Shown here: positions 9,194-19,030 of the stretch, piece after piece | Numbering within the stretch: the first letter of the stretch is position 1 | How the letters are laid out: every line of letters starts with the position of its first letter | DNA from: Wenzhouxiangella sp. | GTDB lineage: Bacteria; Pseudomonadota; Gammaproteobacteria; Xanthomonadales; Wenzhouxiangellaceae | Assembly: GCA_036353315.1 (NCBI GenBank) | Contig: JAZBOC010000107.1 | Location: 6,236-70,235, forward strand | Direction: 5' to 3' | DNA: 64,000 bases | Made by a program: the position numbers and the translations under genes | The notes under the pieces: model-generated | Seen by the model: only the letters and a program-made list of their open reading frames with translations | The model's database searches: none | Told to the model about the DNA's origin: nothing

Positions 9194-11143
9194 ATGCCAC
9201 GATCCATCGCAGCCCCTTTGACCCTGCGCCTGCTCTGCCTGCTGGCGGGCCTGGGTCTGCTCTCACCCGCGCTTGCAACCCAAACACCGCAGCGCGTTCA
9301 GCAGGGCAACCTGATCATGGAGAATATCCCTGAGATCCCGTCAGAAGTCAGCGAACGCCTGCGCCAGTACCAGAACGTTCGCTCGGCCTCGCTGTCGGAC
9401 TTTGCCCCTGACGGAGGCATCTACATCACCACTCGCTTCGGCGAAACCAGCCAGATTCATCACGTGGCCCAGCCACTGGGGATGCGCCGCCAGGTGACGT
9501 TCTACAGCGAGCGAACCGGTGGTGCCAGCGTGCGGCCGGATGGTTCGGGCCAGTTCATGTTCAGCCGCGACGTCGGCGGTGACGAGTTCTACCAGGGCTT
9601 CCTGTTCGACCCCGCGACCAGCACATCGACCCGATTCACCGAAAGCGGGACTCGCAACCAGGGCTTTAGCTGGTCCGAAGATGGCAAGTTGGTGGCCTGG
9701 GCCTCGGCAACGTGGGAGCAGCCCGACTACACGATCTGGGTTGCCGACCCATCACGCCCGGCCACGCGGCGCCAGCTGGTCCAGGCCCAGGGTGCCACCA
9801 CACCGCGCGAGTGGTCGCCGGACGGCAGTCAGCTGCTGCTGGGGCGCTACATTTCGATCAACGAGGCACGCCTCTTCTTGCTCGATCTGGAAAGCGGTGA
9901 GATGACCCAGATTCAGCCGGACCGCCAGGTTGCCTATGGCGCGGCGAGGTTTTCGGCCGACGGTTCGGAGCTATTTGTGGTCAGCGACGCCGGCGCCGAG
10001 TTCCGACGGGTTCTGGCCATCGACCTCGGTACAGGTGAGGACCGCGTGGTGGTCGAACACCCTTGGGACGTCCAGGCCATGGATATCTCGCCTGACGGCA
10101 AGCTGATGGCCTACACCATCAACGCTGGAGGAATCTCCGAGCTGCATCTGCTCAATCTGGTCTCCGGCCAGCACCACAGCGGACCGACGCTCCCGGCCGG
10201 ACGAATCGGCAGCGTGCAGTTCAGCCCGGACGGTCAACGCCTGGGTTTCAGCCACAGCTATGCCGGCTCACCGGGTGACGCCTGGACCTATGAGCCGGCC
10301 ACCGGCCAGCTGCTGCGCTGGACCGAATCCGAAGTCGGTGGCCTTGATACTTCCCGCTTCCGCGCACCCGAGTTGATTCGCTACGAAAGCTTTGACGGGC
10401 TCAACATTCCGGCTTTTGTCCACCGCCCCAACGGAGACGGCCCACATCCAGTGATCGTTTCGATCCATGGCGGGCCTGAAAGCCAGGCTCGGCCGGGCTT
10501 CAGCTCGACTTTCATGTACTGGGTCCACGAACTCGGTGCGGCCGTGGTCGTACCCAACGTGCGCGGCTCGTCCGGCTACGGCAACGAGTACGTCAACCTT
10601 GACAACGTGCTCCTGCGCGAGAACTCGGTCTTTGACATCGGCGCGTTGCTGGACTGGATCACTGAACAACCGGACCTGGACGAGGACCGGGTGGTGGTCT
10701 ATGGCGGCTCCTACGGCGGTTACATGGTCCTGGCCAGCCTGATGCACTACTCCGACCGCCTGGCGGGAGGGGTCAATATCGTCGGGATTTCCAACTTCGT
10801 GACCTTCCTGGAGAACACCGCAGGCTACCGGCGTGATCTGCGCCGGGCCGAGTACGGGGACGAGCGCGATCCCGAAGTCCGCGAGTTCCTTGAATCGATC
10901 TCCCCGGCCAACAGCCCGGAACGTATCACGGCGCCGCTGTTCATCATCCAGGGTGCGAACGACCCGCGTGTGCCGGCCTCAGAGGCCGAACAGATTCTCG
11001 AGGCCGTGCGCGCAGCCGGTGGCGAGCCCTGGTACCTGCTCGCACTCGACGAAGGCCACGGCTTCGCCCGCCAGTCCAATCGCGAATTCCGCGCCGCGGC
11101 AGAAACTCTGTTTCTGACCAAGGTTCTGGGCCTGGAGCGCTAA
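9194..11143 (+). CDS. secreted S9-family serine peptidase (prolyl oligopeptidase/dipeptidyl peptidase type) with N-terminal beta-propeller
   Basis: 649 aa. Signal peptide LRLLCLLAGLGLLSPALA, WSPDG/SPDG propeller repeats, nucleophile elbow GGSYGGYM, C-terminal IIQGANDPRVP...DEGHGF. Confidence 0.85.
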   Translation: MPRSIAAPLTLRLLCLLAGLGLLSPALATQTPQRVQQGNLIMENIPEIPSEVSERLRQYQNVRSASLSDFAPDGGIYITTRFGETSQIHHVAQPLGMRRQVTFYSERTGGASVRPDGSGQFMFSRDVGGDEFYQGFLFDPATSTSTRFTESGTRNQGFSWSEDGKLVAWASATWEQPDYTIWVADPSRPATRRQLVQAQGATTPREWSPDGSQLLLGRYISINEARLFLLDLESGEMTQIQPDRQVAYGAARFSADGSELFVVSDAGAEFRRVLAIDLGTGEDRVVVEHPWDVQAMDISPDGKLMAYTINAGGISELHLLNLVSGQHHSGPTLPAGRIGSVQFSPDGQRLGFSHSYAGSPGDAWTYEPATGQLLRWTESEVGGLDTSRFRAPELIRYESFDGLNIPAFVHRPNGDGPHPVIVSIHGGPESQARPGFSSTFMYWVHELGAAVVVPNVRGSSGYGNEYVNLDNVLLRENSVFDIGALLDWITEQPDLDEDRVVVYGGSYGGYMVLASLMHYSDRLAGGVNIVGISNFVTFLENTAGYRRDLRRAEYGDERDPEVREFLESISPANSPERITAPLFIIQGANDPRVPASEAEQILEAVRAAGGEPWYLLALDEGHGFARQSNREFRAAAETLFLTKVLGLER

Positions 11144-11160
11144 CAATGAGGGGTTTCTTG

Positions 11161-11190
11161 CAGGGCGGTGCTTAGCCGCCCTGTTCTTCG
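11161..11190 (+). terminator. hairpin after the S9 peptidase gene
   Basis: CAGGGCGG (11161..11168) pairs with CCGCCCTG (11176..11183), followed by TTCTTC. Overlaps the 3' end of the convergent lipoprotein gene. Confidence 0.35.
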
Positions 11191-11366
11191 ATCAGCTGGC
11201 GCTGGCGCTCTGCCGCCTCGTCGAGCACCCGCTCAACGTCCTCGGCTCGTTCCATGGCTTCGCGCTGCGGGGCGAGCAAATCCGAACCTTCGGTCTCTTC
11301 TTTGCCGCTGCTGTTGCAGGCCGTCAGCACGATGATGAGGATCAAATAGCTCGCGATCTGTTTCAT
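11172..11366 (-). CDS. small lipoprotein, unknown function
   Basis: Internal ATG at 11366 gives MKQIASYLILIIVLTACNSSGKEE..., a lipobox L-T-A-C. The longer ORF (to 11444) would bury the signal peptide. Confidence 0.5.
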   Translation of the reverse strand: MKQIASYLILIIVLTACNSSGKEETEGSDLLAPQREAMERAEDVERVLDEAAERQRQLIEEQGG

Positions 11367-11469
11367 GCCCTCAAGTCTAGCGCCTGCAACAGGCCGCGTC
11401 ACCCCATCGATATACTGACTGAGCGAACGAAACCCAGCCACCACCCATCAGCGCGAGGCGCGTGCATCC

Positions 11470-13116
11470 ATGGCGACCCACGAAGTCAGCAACCAGCCCC
11501 TGCCCCTGGAGAACTACAACGCCTATGCCGGCGATCGCGCGCTGCGCGAAACCGTCGTCCTTGAAGGCGGCTCGGTCTGGGAAGACAAACTGCTGACCTA
11601 TGGCGAAATTGCCGGTGCTGAGATTCTTGCGCTGGGCGATCCGGCGAATGCCTCCGAGCCGGCACTGCGAACCCACGATCGCTATGGCCATCGGGTCGAT
11701 CAGGTCGACTTTCACCCCAGCTACCACAGGCTGATGGAGCTGGGCATCGGCCACGGGCTGGCCTCGCTCACCTGGACCGGCAAGCCTGGGGCGCGGATTG
11801 CACGCTCGGCGCTGATGTACCTGCACAATCAGTTCGAAGCCGGCACCATGTGCCCAATCACCATGACCCATGCGGTGATTCCCTCGCTGCGGCTGCAGCC
11901 GGACATCGCACAGATCTGGGAGCCCCGCATCCTCGCCTCGTCCTACGATTCCCGCTTTCGACCCGCCGATGACAAGAGCGGGGTCACCTTCGGCATGGCC
12001 ATGACCGAGAAGCAGGGCGGCTCGGACGTGCGCGCCAACACCACCCGGGCCGTCGCTCTGGACCAGCCAGGCCCAGGCCAACCCTACGAACTGGTCGGCC
12101 ACAAGTGGTTTTGCTCAGCACCCATGTCAGACGCGTTTTTGAGCCTGGCCCAGACCAGCGAGGGCTTGAGCTGCTTTCTCATCCCGCGCTGGCGACCTGA
12201 CGGCAGCGTCAATCCGATCCATATTCAGCGCCTGAAAGACAAGCTGGGCAATCTCTCCAATGCCTCCGCTGAAATCGAGTTTCCCGGCACTTGGGCACAG
12301 ATGATCGGCGACCCTGGTCGCGGCGTGGCCACGATCATCCGCATGGTCGGCGAAACCCGCCTCGACTGTGTCCTCGGATCGGCCGCACTGATGCGCCAGG
12401 CCGTGGCCCAGGCGGTCCACCACTGCAGCCAGCGCCAGGCCTTCGGAAAGCGCCTGGTTGACCAACCGCTGATGATGAACGTGCTGGCCGATCTGGCCCT
12501 GGAGTCCGAAGCCGCCCTGCGCCTGGCGCTGCACCTGGCTCGGCGCTTTGAGCAGGCAGCCCAGGGTGACGAGTTCTCTGAACGGCTGGCGCGCATCGCG
12601 ACCCCGGTCGCCAAATACTGGGTCTGCAAACGCGCCGTTGGGGTCGTCAACGAAGCCCAGGAGTGTATGGGTGGCGCCGGGTACGTGGAAGAATTCATCC
12701 TGCCCAGACTGTATCGCGAGGCCCCGGTCAACGCCATCTGGGAGGGCTCAGGCAACATTCAGTGTCTGGATGTGCTGCGCGCGCTCCAGCGCGAGCCGCG
12801 CTGTCTGGACGCCGTTCTAGCCTTCCTGGCACCCGCGGCCGACACCTCTTCAGACGTTCGCAAGGTGGTTGACTGGCTGCCGCGCGAGCTGGCCGACGCC
12901 GCGTCTATCCAGGTCAAGGCGAGGCGAGTTGTCGAGCGGCTTGCCCTCGCCCTGCAGGCGGCCCTGCTGATGCAGTCCGGCCCGGGGTTCGCGGCCGCGG
13001 CCTTCTTGCAGGCGCGCCTAGGCCCGGAACGTGGTCTGATGTTCGGGCAGCTGTCGGAGCACGCCGACGTCGATGCCCTGATCGAGCGCGCCCAGCCGCT
13101 CGGAGAAACAGCATGA
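11470..13116 (+). CDS. AidB-like acyl-CoA dehydrogenase family protein
   Basis: 548 aa. N-terminal NQPLPLENYNAY...DRALRE, MTEKQGGSDVRANTT and KWFCSAPMSDAF...IQRLKDKLGNLSNASAEIEF resemble AidB / isovaleryl-CoA-dehydrogenase-like proteins. Confidence 0.85.
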   Translation: MATHEVSNQPLPLENYNAYAGDRALRETVVLEGGSVWEDKLLTYGEIAGAEILALGDPANASEPALRTHDRYGHRVDQVDFHPSYHRLMELGIGHGLASLTWTGKPGARIARSALMYLHNQFEAGTMCPITMTHAVIPSLRLQPDIAQIWEPRILASSYDSRFRPADDKSGVTFGMAMTEKQGGSDVRANTTRAVALDQPGPGQPYELVGHKWFCSAPMSDAFLSLAQTSEGLSCFLIPRWRPDGSVNPIHIQRLKDKLGNLSNASAEIEFPGTWAQMIGDPGRGVATIIRMVGETRLDCVLGSAALMRQAVAQAVHHCSQRQAFGKRLVDQPLMMNVLADLALESEAALRLALHLARRFEQAAQGDEFSERLARIATPVAKYWVCKRAVGVVNEAQECMGGAGYVEEFILPRLYREAPVNAIWEGSGNIQCLDVLRALQREPRCLDAVLAFLAPAADTSSDVRKVVDWLPRELADAASIQVKARRVVERLALALQAALLMQSGPGFAAAAFLQARLGPERGLMFGQLSEHADVDALIERAQPLGETA

Positions 13117-14588
13117 GCGGCAGCCCGGTGGCCCGACGCGCGCCGGATACCCTAATCATCCTGTTCTGGGTCGCGCTGTTTCTAGTCGCGCTGAGTTTCA
13201 TTGTGCCGGCCGGCAGCTTCGTCGTCGAAATCGACGCCCAGGGCCGTACCTTGCCGGTGGTTCTGGACAGTTTCAGCCTGAGCCCCGAGGGCGCGCCCGG
13301 CACACCGCTGTTCAATGCCGATCCAGACGCCGTGGGCCTGCTGAACGCCCCATTCGAGGGCCTGACTTCTGGATCACGCCTGTCGGCGGCGGTCGGGATC
13401 ATGGGCTTCTTGCTGGTCGTCGGCGGGGCTTTTGGGGTCATCCTTCAGACTGGCTGCATTGACCGCGGCGTCCGCGCCCTGGTTCGGCGCACCGACCGCG
13501 AACCCCTGCTGGTGCTGCCGCTACTGTTTTTCCTGTTCTCTCTGGGTGGGGCGATTTTCGGGATGAGCGAAGAGACGATTGCCTTCGTCATTTTGCTGGT
13601 GCCGATCATCGTTCGGCTGGGTTACGACGCGTTGACCGCCGTATTGGTCACGTTCGTCGCCTCCCGGGTCGGGTTTGCCTCCAGCTGGATGAACCCCTTC
13701 AACGTGGCGATCGCCCAGGGCATCGCGGATGTGCCGGTACTGAGTGGCGCACCGCTGCGCATGGCGATGTGGGTCGTGTTCACGACCGTCGGCATCCTGA
13801 TCACCCTGTGGTGGGCGCGCAAAGTCTATCGCACACCCCAAGCCTCGCCCTCCTACGATTCCGACGCGCATTTCCGCAAGCGCGCGACCTTAAGCGAGAA
13901 GCAGGCCCAGTTCACCGCGCGTGACGCAGCCGCCCTGGGGCTGATCGGTGCCGGCATGGGCTGGGTGGTTTGGGGAGTGATGGTTCACCAGTATTTTATC
14001 CCCGAGATCGCCGCCCAGTTCTTCACCCTGGGCCTGGTCGTGGGACTGCTCTATCTGCTCCCAGGCGCCCATCGGCTCGACGCCAACGCCCAGGCGCGCG
14101 CCTTTGGCGAGGGTGCTGCAGGACTGGTTCCGGCCGTGCTCGTGGTCGGCATGGCGAAAGGTCTGGTGTTGCTGCTCGGCGGCACGAACCCGGCTGAGCC
14201 TTCTGTGATGAACAGTATCCTTTTCGCCCTCGCCTCAGGGTTGATCCACCTGCCGGAGATGGTCTCTGCCTGGCTGATGTTCTTTGTTCAGAGCCTGATC
14301 AATTTCCTGGTCCCCTCGGGCTCCGGGCAGGCCGCCCTGACCATGCCGCTAATGGCCCCCCTGGGTGACCTGATCGGTATCACGCGCCAGGTTACCGTGC
14401 TCTGCTTCCAGCTTGGCGACAGCCTGACCAACCTGATCATTCCGACTTCGGCAACCCTGATGGGGGTCCTCGGTGCGGCGCGCGTCGACTGGACCGTGTG
14501 GGCGCGCTGGATACTGCCGGTGCTCGGGCTCTACGCGCTGCTGGCCCTGGCCTTCATCGGACTGGCCGTCGCCACGGGCTACCACTGA
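13113..14588 (+). CDS. YfcC-family membrane transporter (DcuC-like carrier fold)
   Basis: 491 aa polytopic. NAPFEGLTSGSRLSAAVGIMGFLLVVGGAFGV, GFASSWMNPFNVAIAQGIADVPVLSG and SGSGQAALTMPLMAPLGDLIGITRQVTVLCFQ closely parallel E. coli YfcC as I recall it. ATGA overlap with the upstream dehydrogenase. Confidence 0.85.
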   Translation: MSGSPVARRAPDTLIILFWVALFLVALSFIVPAGSFVVEIDAQGRTLPVVLDSFSLSPEGAPGTPLFNADPDAVGLLNAPFEGLTSGSRLSAAVGIMGFLLVVGGAFGVILQTGCIDRGVRALVRRTDREPLLVLPLLFFLFSLGGAIFGMSEETIAFVILLVPIIVRLGYDALTAVLVTFVASRVGFASSWMNPFNVAIAQGIADVPVLSGAPLRMAMWVVFTTVGILITLWWARKVYRTPQASPSYDSDAHFRKRATLSEKQAQFTARDAAALGLIGAGMGWVVWGVMVHQYFIPEIAAQFFTLGLVVGLLYLLPGAHRLDANAQARAFGEGAAGLVPAVLVVGMAKGLVLLLGGTNPAEPSVMNSILFALASGLIHLPEMVSAWLMFFVQSLINFLVPSGSGQAALTMPLMAPLGDLIGITRQVTVLCFQLGDSLTNLIIPTSATLMGVLGAARVDWTVWARWILPVLGLYALLALAFIGLAVATGYH

Positions 14589-14596
14589 GCTCGTCG

Positions 14597-14986
14597 TTAT
14601 CGATCGACCGCCACCGGCCGCATATCCGAATCCACGGCCACCATGACCAACATGCCTTCAATGGCGAGCTGGCGCGTGTTGGCCATGGCATCTTCAATGA
14701 GCATTTGGACCTTAACGCTGAGCGAGCTCGTCCCGATCTCCACCACATCCGCCAGCAGCTCGAGGATGGCACCCTCGGGGATCGGGACCTTGAAGTCGAC
14801 CCGATCCATGGACACCGTCACGACCTGGCGGCGGGCATAGCGGGTTGCGGCAAAAAATGCCACCTCGTCCATCCACTGCAAAGCCATGCCGCCGTAGAGC
14901 GTTCCTATCGGATTGGTGTGTTGCGGAAACACCAGACGGGTCACTCGCGTCAGGGCCTGGCGGCGTCGTTCCGGATCAAGAGTCAT
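14597..14986 (-). CDS. hotdog-fold acyl-CoA thioesterase (YciA-like)
   Basis: 129 aa. VFPQHTNPIGTLYGGMALQWMDEVAFFAATRY and VTVSMDRVDFKVPI are thioesterase hotdog signatures. Confidence 0.85.
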   Translation of the reverse strand: MTLDPERRRQALTRVTRLVFPQHTNPIGTLYGGMALQWMDEVAFFAATRYARRQVVTVSMDRVDFKVPIPEGAILELLADVVEIGTSSLSVKVQMLIEDAMANTRQLAIEGMLVMVAVDSDMRPVAVDR

Positions 14987-15179
14987 ACGAGATATCCTTC
15001 GGGTTGTCAGAGAGCAGCCCAGCCGCGCTAACGCCGCCGAAATCCTGGGGACACTGGAATGCCCGCGCTATTCTACGTCAAGCCGCGAGCCGCTCAAGCT
15101 GGCAGAAACGACCGCGCTGGGCAACAATGCAAGCCCATTCGTTGATGATGAACATGGCCGATAGCAAGGCGATCAAGAG

Positions 15180-16082
15180 ATGAACATTAGGGCAATGAAG
15201 TATCTGGTGACGCTGGCCGATGTGCGTCACTTCAGCAAGGCTGCCGAGCGCTGTTTCGTCAGCCAACCGACCTTGAGCACCCAGATTCGCAAGCTGGAAG
15301 AAGAACTGGGCGTGCAGCTGGTCGAGCGGTCTCCGCGCCACGTCATGCTGACCCGGGTCGGGGAGGAGGTCGTCGCCCGCTGCCGCAGCATCCTGGCCGA
15401 GGTCGAATCCATGCGGGCCGTTGCCCGCCGGGCCCTGGACCCGGAAAGTGGCCTGCTGCGAATCGCCATCTTTCCGACCCTGGCGCCCTATCTGCTGCCG
15501 CACGTGATCCCCACACTGCGGCGTCGCTTTCCTCGCCTGACGCTACGGCTGTTCGAGGAAAAAACCGAGAACATCCTGGACATGCTCGCCCAGGGACGGC
15601 TGGACGCGGGGCTTTTGGCGCTGCCGGTTGGCAGCGATCAGCTGGTGGCGCGAACGCTGTTCGAGGAACCCTTCGTGGTAGCCATGCCCGAGGGACATGC
15701 CCTGAGCCAGCACAAACAGCTCACCATGAGCGATCTGGAAAACCAGGAGTTGCTGCTGCTCGAGGACGGACACTGCCTGCGCGAGCACGCCCTGGAAGTC
15801 TGCCAGATGACCGGCGCGCACGAGAAACTGGACTTCCATGCCACCAGCATGGAAACGCTGCGCCAAATGGTGGCGGCCAACACCGGACTCACCCTGATGC
15901 CCGTGTTATCGGTGAAACCCCCAGTGGCTCCGACCGAAAACCTGGTCACCCGGCCGTTTGGTACCGACGGGCCAAAGCGCACGATCGCCATGGTCTGGCG
16001 CAAGAGCTCCGCGCTGACCGAATTCCTGGAGCAGATTGCCGAGATCTTCGCTGCGATCGATCCCGCCCTGCTGCGCCCTTGA
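15180..16082 (+). CDS. oxyR: LysR-family hydrogen-peroxide-responsive regulator OxyR
   Basis: 300 aa. HTH MKYLVTLADVRHFSKAAERCFVSQPTLSTQIRKLEEELG and redox pair context LLLLEDGHCLREHALEVC (Cys199/Cys208 equivalents). Confidence 0.9.
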   Translation: MNIRAMKYLVTLADVRHFSKAAERCFVSQPTLSTQIRKLEEELGVQLVERSPRHVMLTRVGEEVVARCRSILAEVESMRAVARRALDPESGLLRIAIFPTLAPYLLPHVIPTLRRRFPRLTLRLFEEKTENILDMLAQGRLDAGLLALPVGSDQLVARTLFEEPFVVAMPEGHALSQHKQLTMSDLENQELLLLEDGHCLREHALEVCQMTGAHEKLDFHATSMETLRQMVAANTGLTLMPVLSVKPPVAPTENLVTRPFGTDGPKRTIAMVWRKSSALTEFLEQIAEIFAAIDPALLRP

Positions 16083-16106
16083 TTCGCTCCTGACCGGCGC
16101 CTGGCC

Positions 16107-17156
16107 TCAATCCGCCGCCGTCGGCGCTGCGGTCAGCAAGTCCTCAAGACGGCGGGTCATGGTTTCAAACTTTGCAGTGCTCAGCGCAAACTGCCAAGGA
16201 GAGAGCCGCGCATCGACCGCCGCAGCATCGGCCAGCCGGCGGTCCCTTTCGTCATCGGACACTTCCTGACCGACGGGGACCGCGTCGGGCTCGGCCGAAA
16301 CCGTGAAACGGGCCCAGCCACGATCATCGTCGACGAACAGGTCGACAACGAAATTCAAGCCGTCGCGAGTCACGTAGAGCGCACGAATGGCGTCCTCCGG
16401 CACAGTTTCATGACTTCGGACATCTTCCAGGCTGATATTGGCCAGGCCGTTGGCGACGGGCCGGATTTGCCAGCGCGGCGCGGCTTCACGACCCTCGGGT
16501 ACGTCCAGCAACACCCATTGATCGCCGTCATCGTCGCCCGGGCGCAGTCGGACCCGATCACCGTCGGGGTGCACGATGGTCACTTCGGTCAGCTCGGACG
16601 CCGGAATGTCCATAACGCTGCGCTCGAGCCAGCCGATCGCCGTGGGTGGCACCTCCAGGGGCTGGTCGGTCAGCCAGGTCTGCGCCTGCCCGACCAGGCG
16701 TGCGTAGCGTCCACCAGTGGTCTCATCACGGTCACCCAGGATGATGCCAGGCAGATCTCTTTCGGGGAAAGAGACGCGCAGACCGCGTGCCTGCTCGGAC
16801 TCCACGTCGCTTAAACCCAGACGCGGATACCACTCTTCCAGCGCCGTGCGCGGCTCCGCCCGATCAGCTTCGGCCAGCTCGCGCAGCAGGTCATGCACGC
16901 GGCGGAAGTCGGCCTCGTAGCCGTCGCGGTTCTCGACCCGCCAGCGATCCCGGTCGCGCCGCAAGCGCGCCACGACCGTCTCGCCGGCTGCCTCGATATC
17001 GATCGCATCGATCTCGTTGATGACCGAGCGAAGCTCCGGCACCAGCCGCTCGGCTGGCGCAACCCCCTGGTCACGTCGCGACCCAGTAAAAATCAGGGCA
17101 GCGACCAAAGCAACCAGCGTCACGACACCCAGCATAACCACGCTGCGCGGGCTCAT
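16107..17156 (-). CDS. DUF4340-type protein, last gene of the GldG-type ABC module
   Basis: ATG at 17156 overlaps the upstream stop (ATGA) and gives MSPRSVVMLGVVTLVALVAALIF (N-terminal anchor). Call is from family recollection plus position after the GldG-like gene. Confidence 0.6.
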   Translation of the reverse strand: MSPRSVVMLGVVTLVALVAALIFTGSRRDQGVAPAERLVPELRSVINEIDAIDIEAAGETVVARLRRDRDRWRVENRDGYEADFRRVHDLLRELAEADRAEPRTALEEWYPRLGLSDVESEQARGLRVSFPERDLPGIILGDRDETTGGRYARLVGQAQTWLTDQPLEVPPTAIGWLERSVMDIPASELTEVTIVHPDGDRVRLRPGDDDGDQWVLLDVPEGREAAPRWQIRPVANGLANISLEDVRSHETVPEDAIRALYVTRDGLNFVVDLFVDDDRGWARFTVSAEPDAVPVGQEVSDDERDRRLADAAAVDARLSPWQFALSTAKFETMTRRLEDLLTAAPTAAD

Positions 17157-19030
17157 GCTGCCCTCCCCGTGCGCGAGCGCCGGAAGGCGGCTCGACGCCG
17201 CCAAGCCAGAAACAACGCGAAGACCGTGACCAGCAGCGGCATCAAGGCGATGTTGACGGCTTTGACCCGCGTGCCCAGGGCTTCGATATCGCGGTCGAGA
17301 TCCCGCCGAACCTGCCGCAGCTGCTGGCGAATTTCGAGCCGACGCGCCATAAAACGATCGATTTCAGCTTCCTGCTCGGCGGTCAGCACGCTGAGATCGG
17401 CATCGCCCCGGGCCTGCTGCAGCTCGTTGATCCGGCGCTCTGCCTCAGCGAGCTCGTTCTCCAGGCGCTGCTCGGTGGCACGCAGGCTCTGCTCCGCCGA
17501 ACGGCGCAGCTCGTCGACCAGGGTGAAGGGGCGGGAGGAAGTCGCGCGGCTTCGGATACTGATCAGGTCCGCATTTCCGAGCAGGTTATCGATAGCGTTG
17601 ATCACGAAATCCGCGTTGTTGGCGAATGGCTCGAGCAGGCTGGTGCCGAAAAACCGCTGGCGCTGGACCCAATAGCGATCGGCCAGGAAATCGGCATCGC
17701 CCACCAGAATGGCATCCACCCTTCCGCCAGCCGATCGGCCTGCGTCTTCGAGGCCTGGTCGCGCCGCCTCCACTGTGCCGGATATTCTTCCGGCCAGGGT
17801 ATAACGCTCGTCTGTCGGCCCGAACTCATCGGCCAAGGCTTCCGGATCACTCAGAAAGCGCAGGCGCTCGGTCGACAGAGGCCCGGCGTTGCGGCTGCTG
17901 GTGACCAGCGGCTCCAAGCTGAGTGGGCTGTCGTCGGTCAGTTCAAACCAGCCCACCGAGGCCATGTTGATCACTTCAAGCTCGCCCGTAACCACATCAT
18001 CCGGGTTCATGTTGGCCGCGGTAACGCCAAGAATCGCGGGATGGCGCACCGGCGGCTGCCCTTGCTGCAGGTTGACCTGCAAGGCCTGGCCCAGGTCGGC
18101 GATGAACTCTTCGGTCGAGAACTGAACACCCCAGGACTCCAGCATAGACCCCAGCGTGGAATGACGATCCGCGGTCAGCGCGCCCGCCGGATCGGACGGG
18201 TCCGGGCCGGGATCGGTTTCGGCGAATGGATCCAGGAAGGCCAGCAAGCGGCCGCCGCCAAGCACGAAAGCCTCGATATCGGCCAACAGGGCCTCGCTGA
18301 GCTCGCGCGGATGAACCAGGACCAGAACGTCGATATCCTCCGGCAGCGAATCGGCCTGGATATCAATGTCCTCAAGCTCGAACAGCGCGGCCACCTCTTC
18401 ATAAACGGCCCAGGGCTCCTGCGGCCGACCGGTACGAAAATCCATGCCGCCGGTCATGGGCAGACCACTCAACCAGCCGACGCGGGGCCGACGCGGCTGG
18501 CTCAGGATATAAATCATGCGCGCCAGTTCGTATTCCAGAAAGGCTTCGCGCGCCGGCGACAGAAACGGCAGCACCTCGCGACCGTCAACCCGATTGGTGC
18601 CAACGATACCCAGATACAGCGACTCCCGCCCAACACCCACCGGTATCCCTTCCAGACCCAGCAACGCTGCGCGATCCTCGGCCTCACTGAAAGGCTGCGG
18701 ATCGATGCGGCGGACGTCCAGACCGCCATTGGCACGCTGCGCCATCTCGTCGAGCAATTCCTGGACCCGGCGAGCAAAGTTGCGAACCATCGGCAATTCG
18801 CTGCTGGCCTCTTCGCTGAAGAAAAACTCAAGCGTGATGGGCTCATCAATGGACTCGAGCAAATTGACGGTGCCGGGACTCAGGGTGTAGAGCCGGTTTT
18901 CGGTCAGATCCAGCCTGGCGCCGGTAAGGAATGCCCCCGACAGCATCGTCAGAGCAAGAAATAGCACCGCCAAAAGGACCAGTGCGGAGGAGGAATACCA
19001 GTGTTTCTTCGTCATAGCGCTTTTGATCAC
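17153..19030 (-). CDS. GldG-like ABC-transporter auxiliary protein (N- and C-terminal TM anchors)
   Basis: 625 aa. N-terminal TM SSSALVLLAVLFLALT, large extracytoplasmic domain, coiled-coil near the C-terminus (EQRLENELAEAERRINELQQ) and terminal TM. GTGA overlap with the permease gene; alternative ATG at 19015. Confidence 0.7.
   Translation of the reverse strand: MIKSAMTKKHWYSSSALVLLAVLFLALTMLSGAFLTGARLDLTENRLYTLSPGTVNLLESIDEPITLEFFFSEEASSELPMVRNFARRVQELLDEMAQRANGGLDVRRIDPQPFSEAEDRAALLGLEGIPVGVGRESLYLGIVGTNRVDGREVLPFLSPAREAFLEYELARMIYILSQPRRPRVGWLSGLPMTGGMDFRTGRPQEPWAVYEEVAALFELEDIDIQADSLPEDIDVLVLVHPRELSEALLADIEAFVLGGGRLLAFLDPFAETDPGPDPSDPAGALTADRHSTLGSMLESWGVQFSTEEFIADLGQALQVNLQQGQPPVRHPAILGVTAANMNPDDVVTGELEVINMASVGWFELTDDSPLSLEPLVTSSRNAGPLSTERLRFLSDPEALADEFGPTDERYTLAGRISGTVEAARPGLEDAGRSAGGRVDAILVGDADFLADRYWVQRQRFFGTSLLEPFANNADFVINAIDNLLGNADLISIRSRATSSRPFTLVDELRRSAEQSLRATEQRLENELAEAERRINELQQARGDADLSVLTAEQEAEIDRFMARRLEIRQQLRQVRRDLDRDIEALGTRVKAVNIALMPLLVTVFALFLAWRRRAAFRRSRTGRAA

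Noticed and set aside
11377-12102. 241-aa minus-strand ORF
   Set aside because: Antisense to the AidB-like dehydrogenase. It also swallows the upstream region of the real lipoprotein gene.
14987-15179. Possible OxyR autoregulatory box (GATAGcaaggcgATC, CTATTC) in the thioesterase/oxyR divergent region
   Set aside because: Only partial matches to the ATAG-N7-CTAT tetrad pattern. There are too few matching elements with the correct spacing to support a call.
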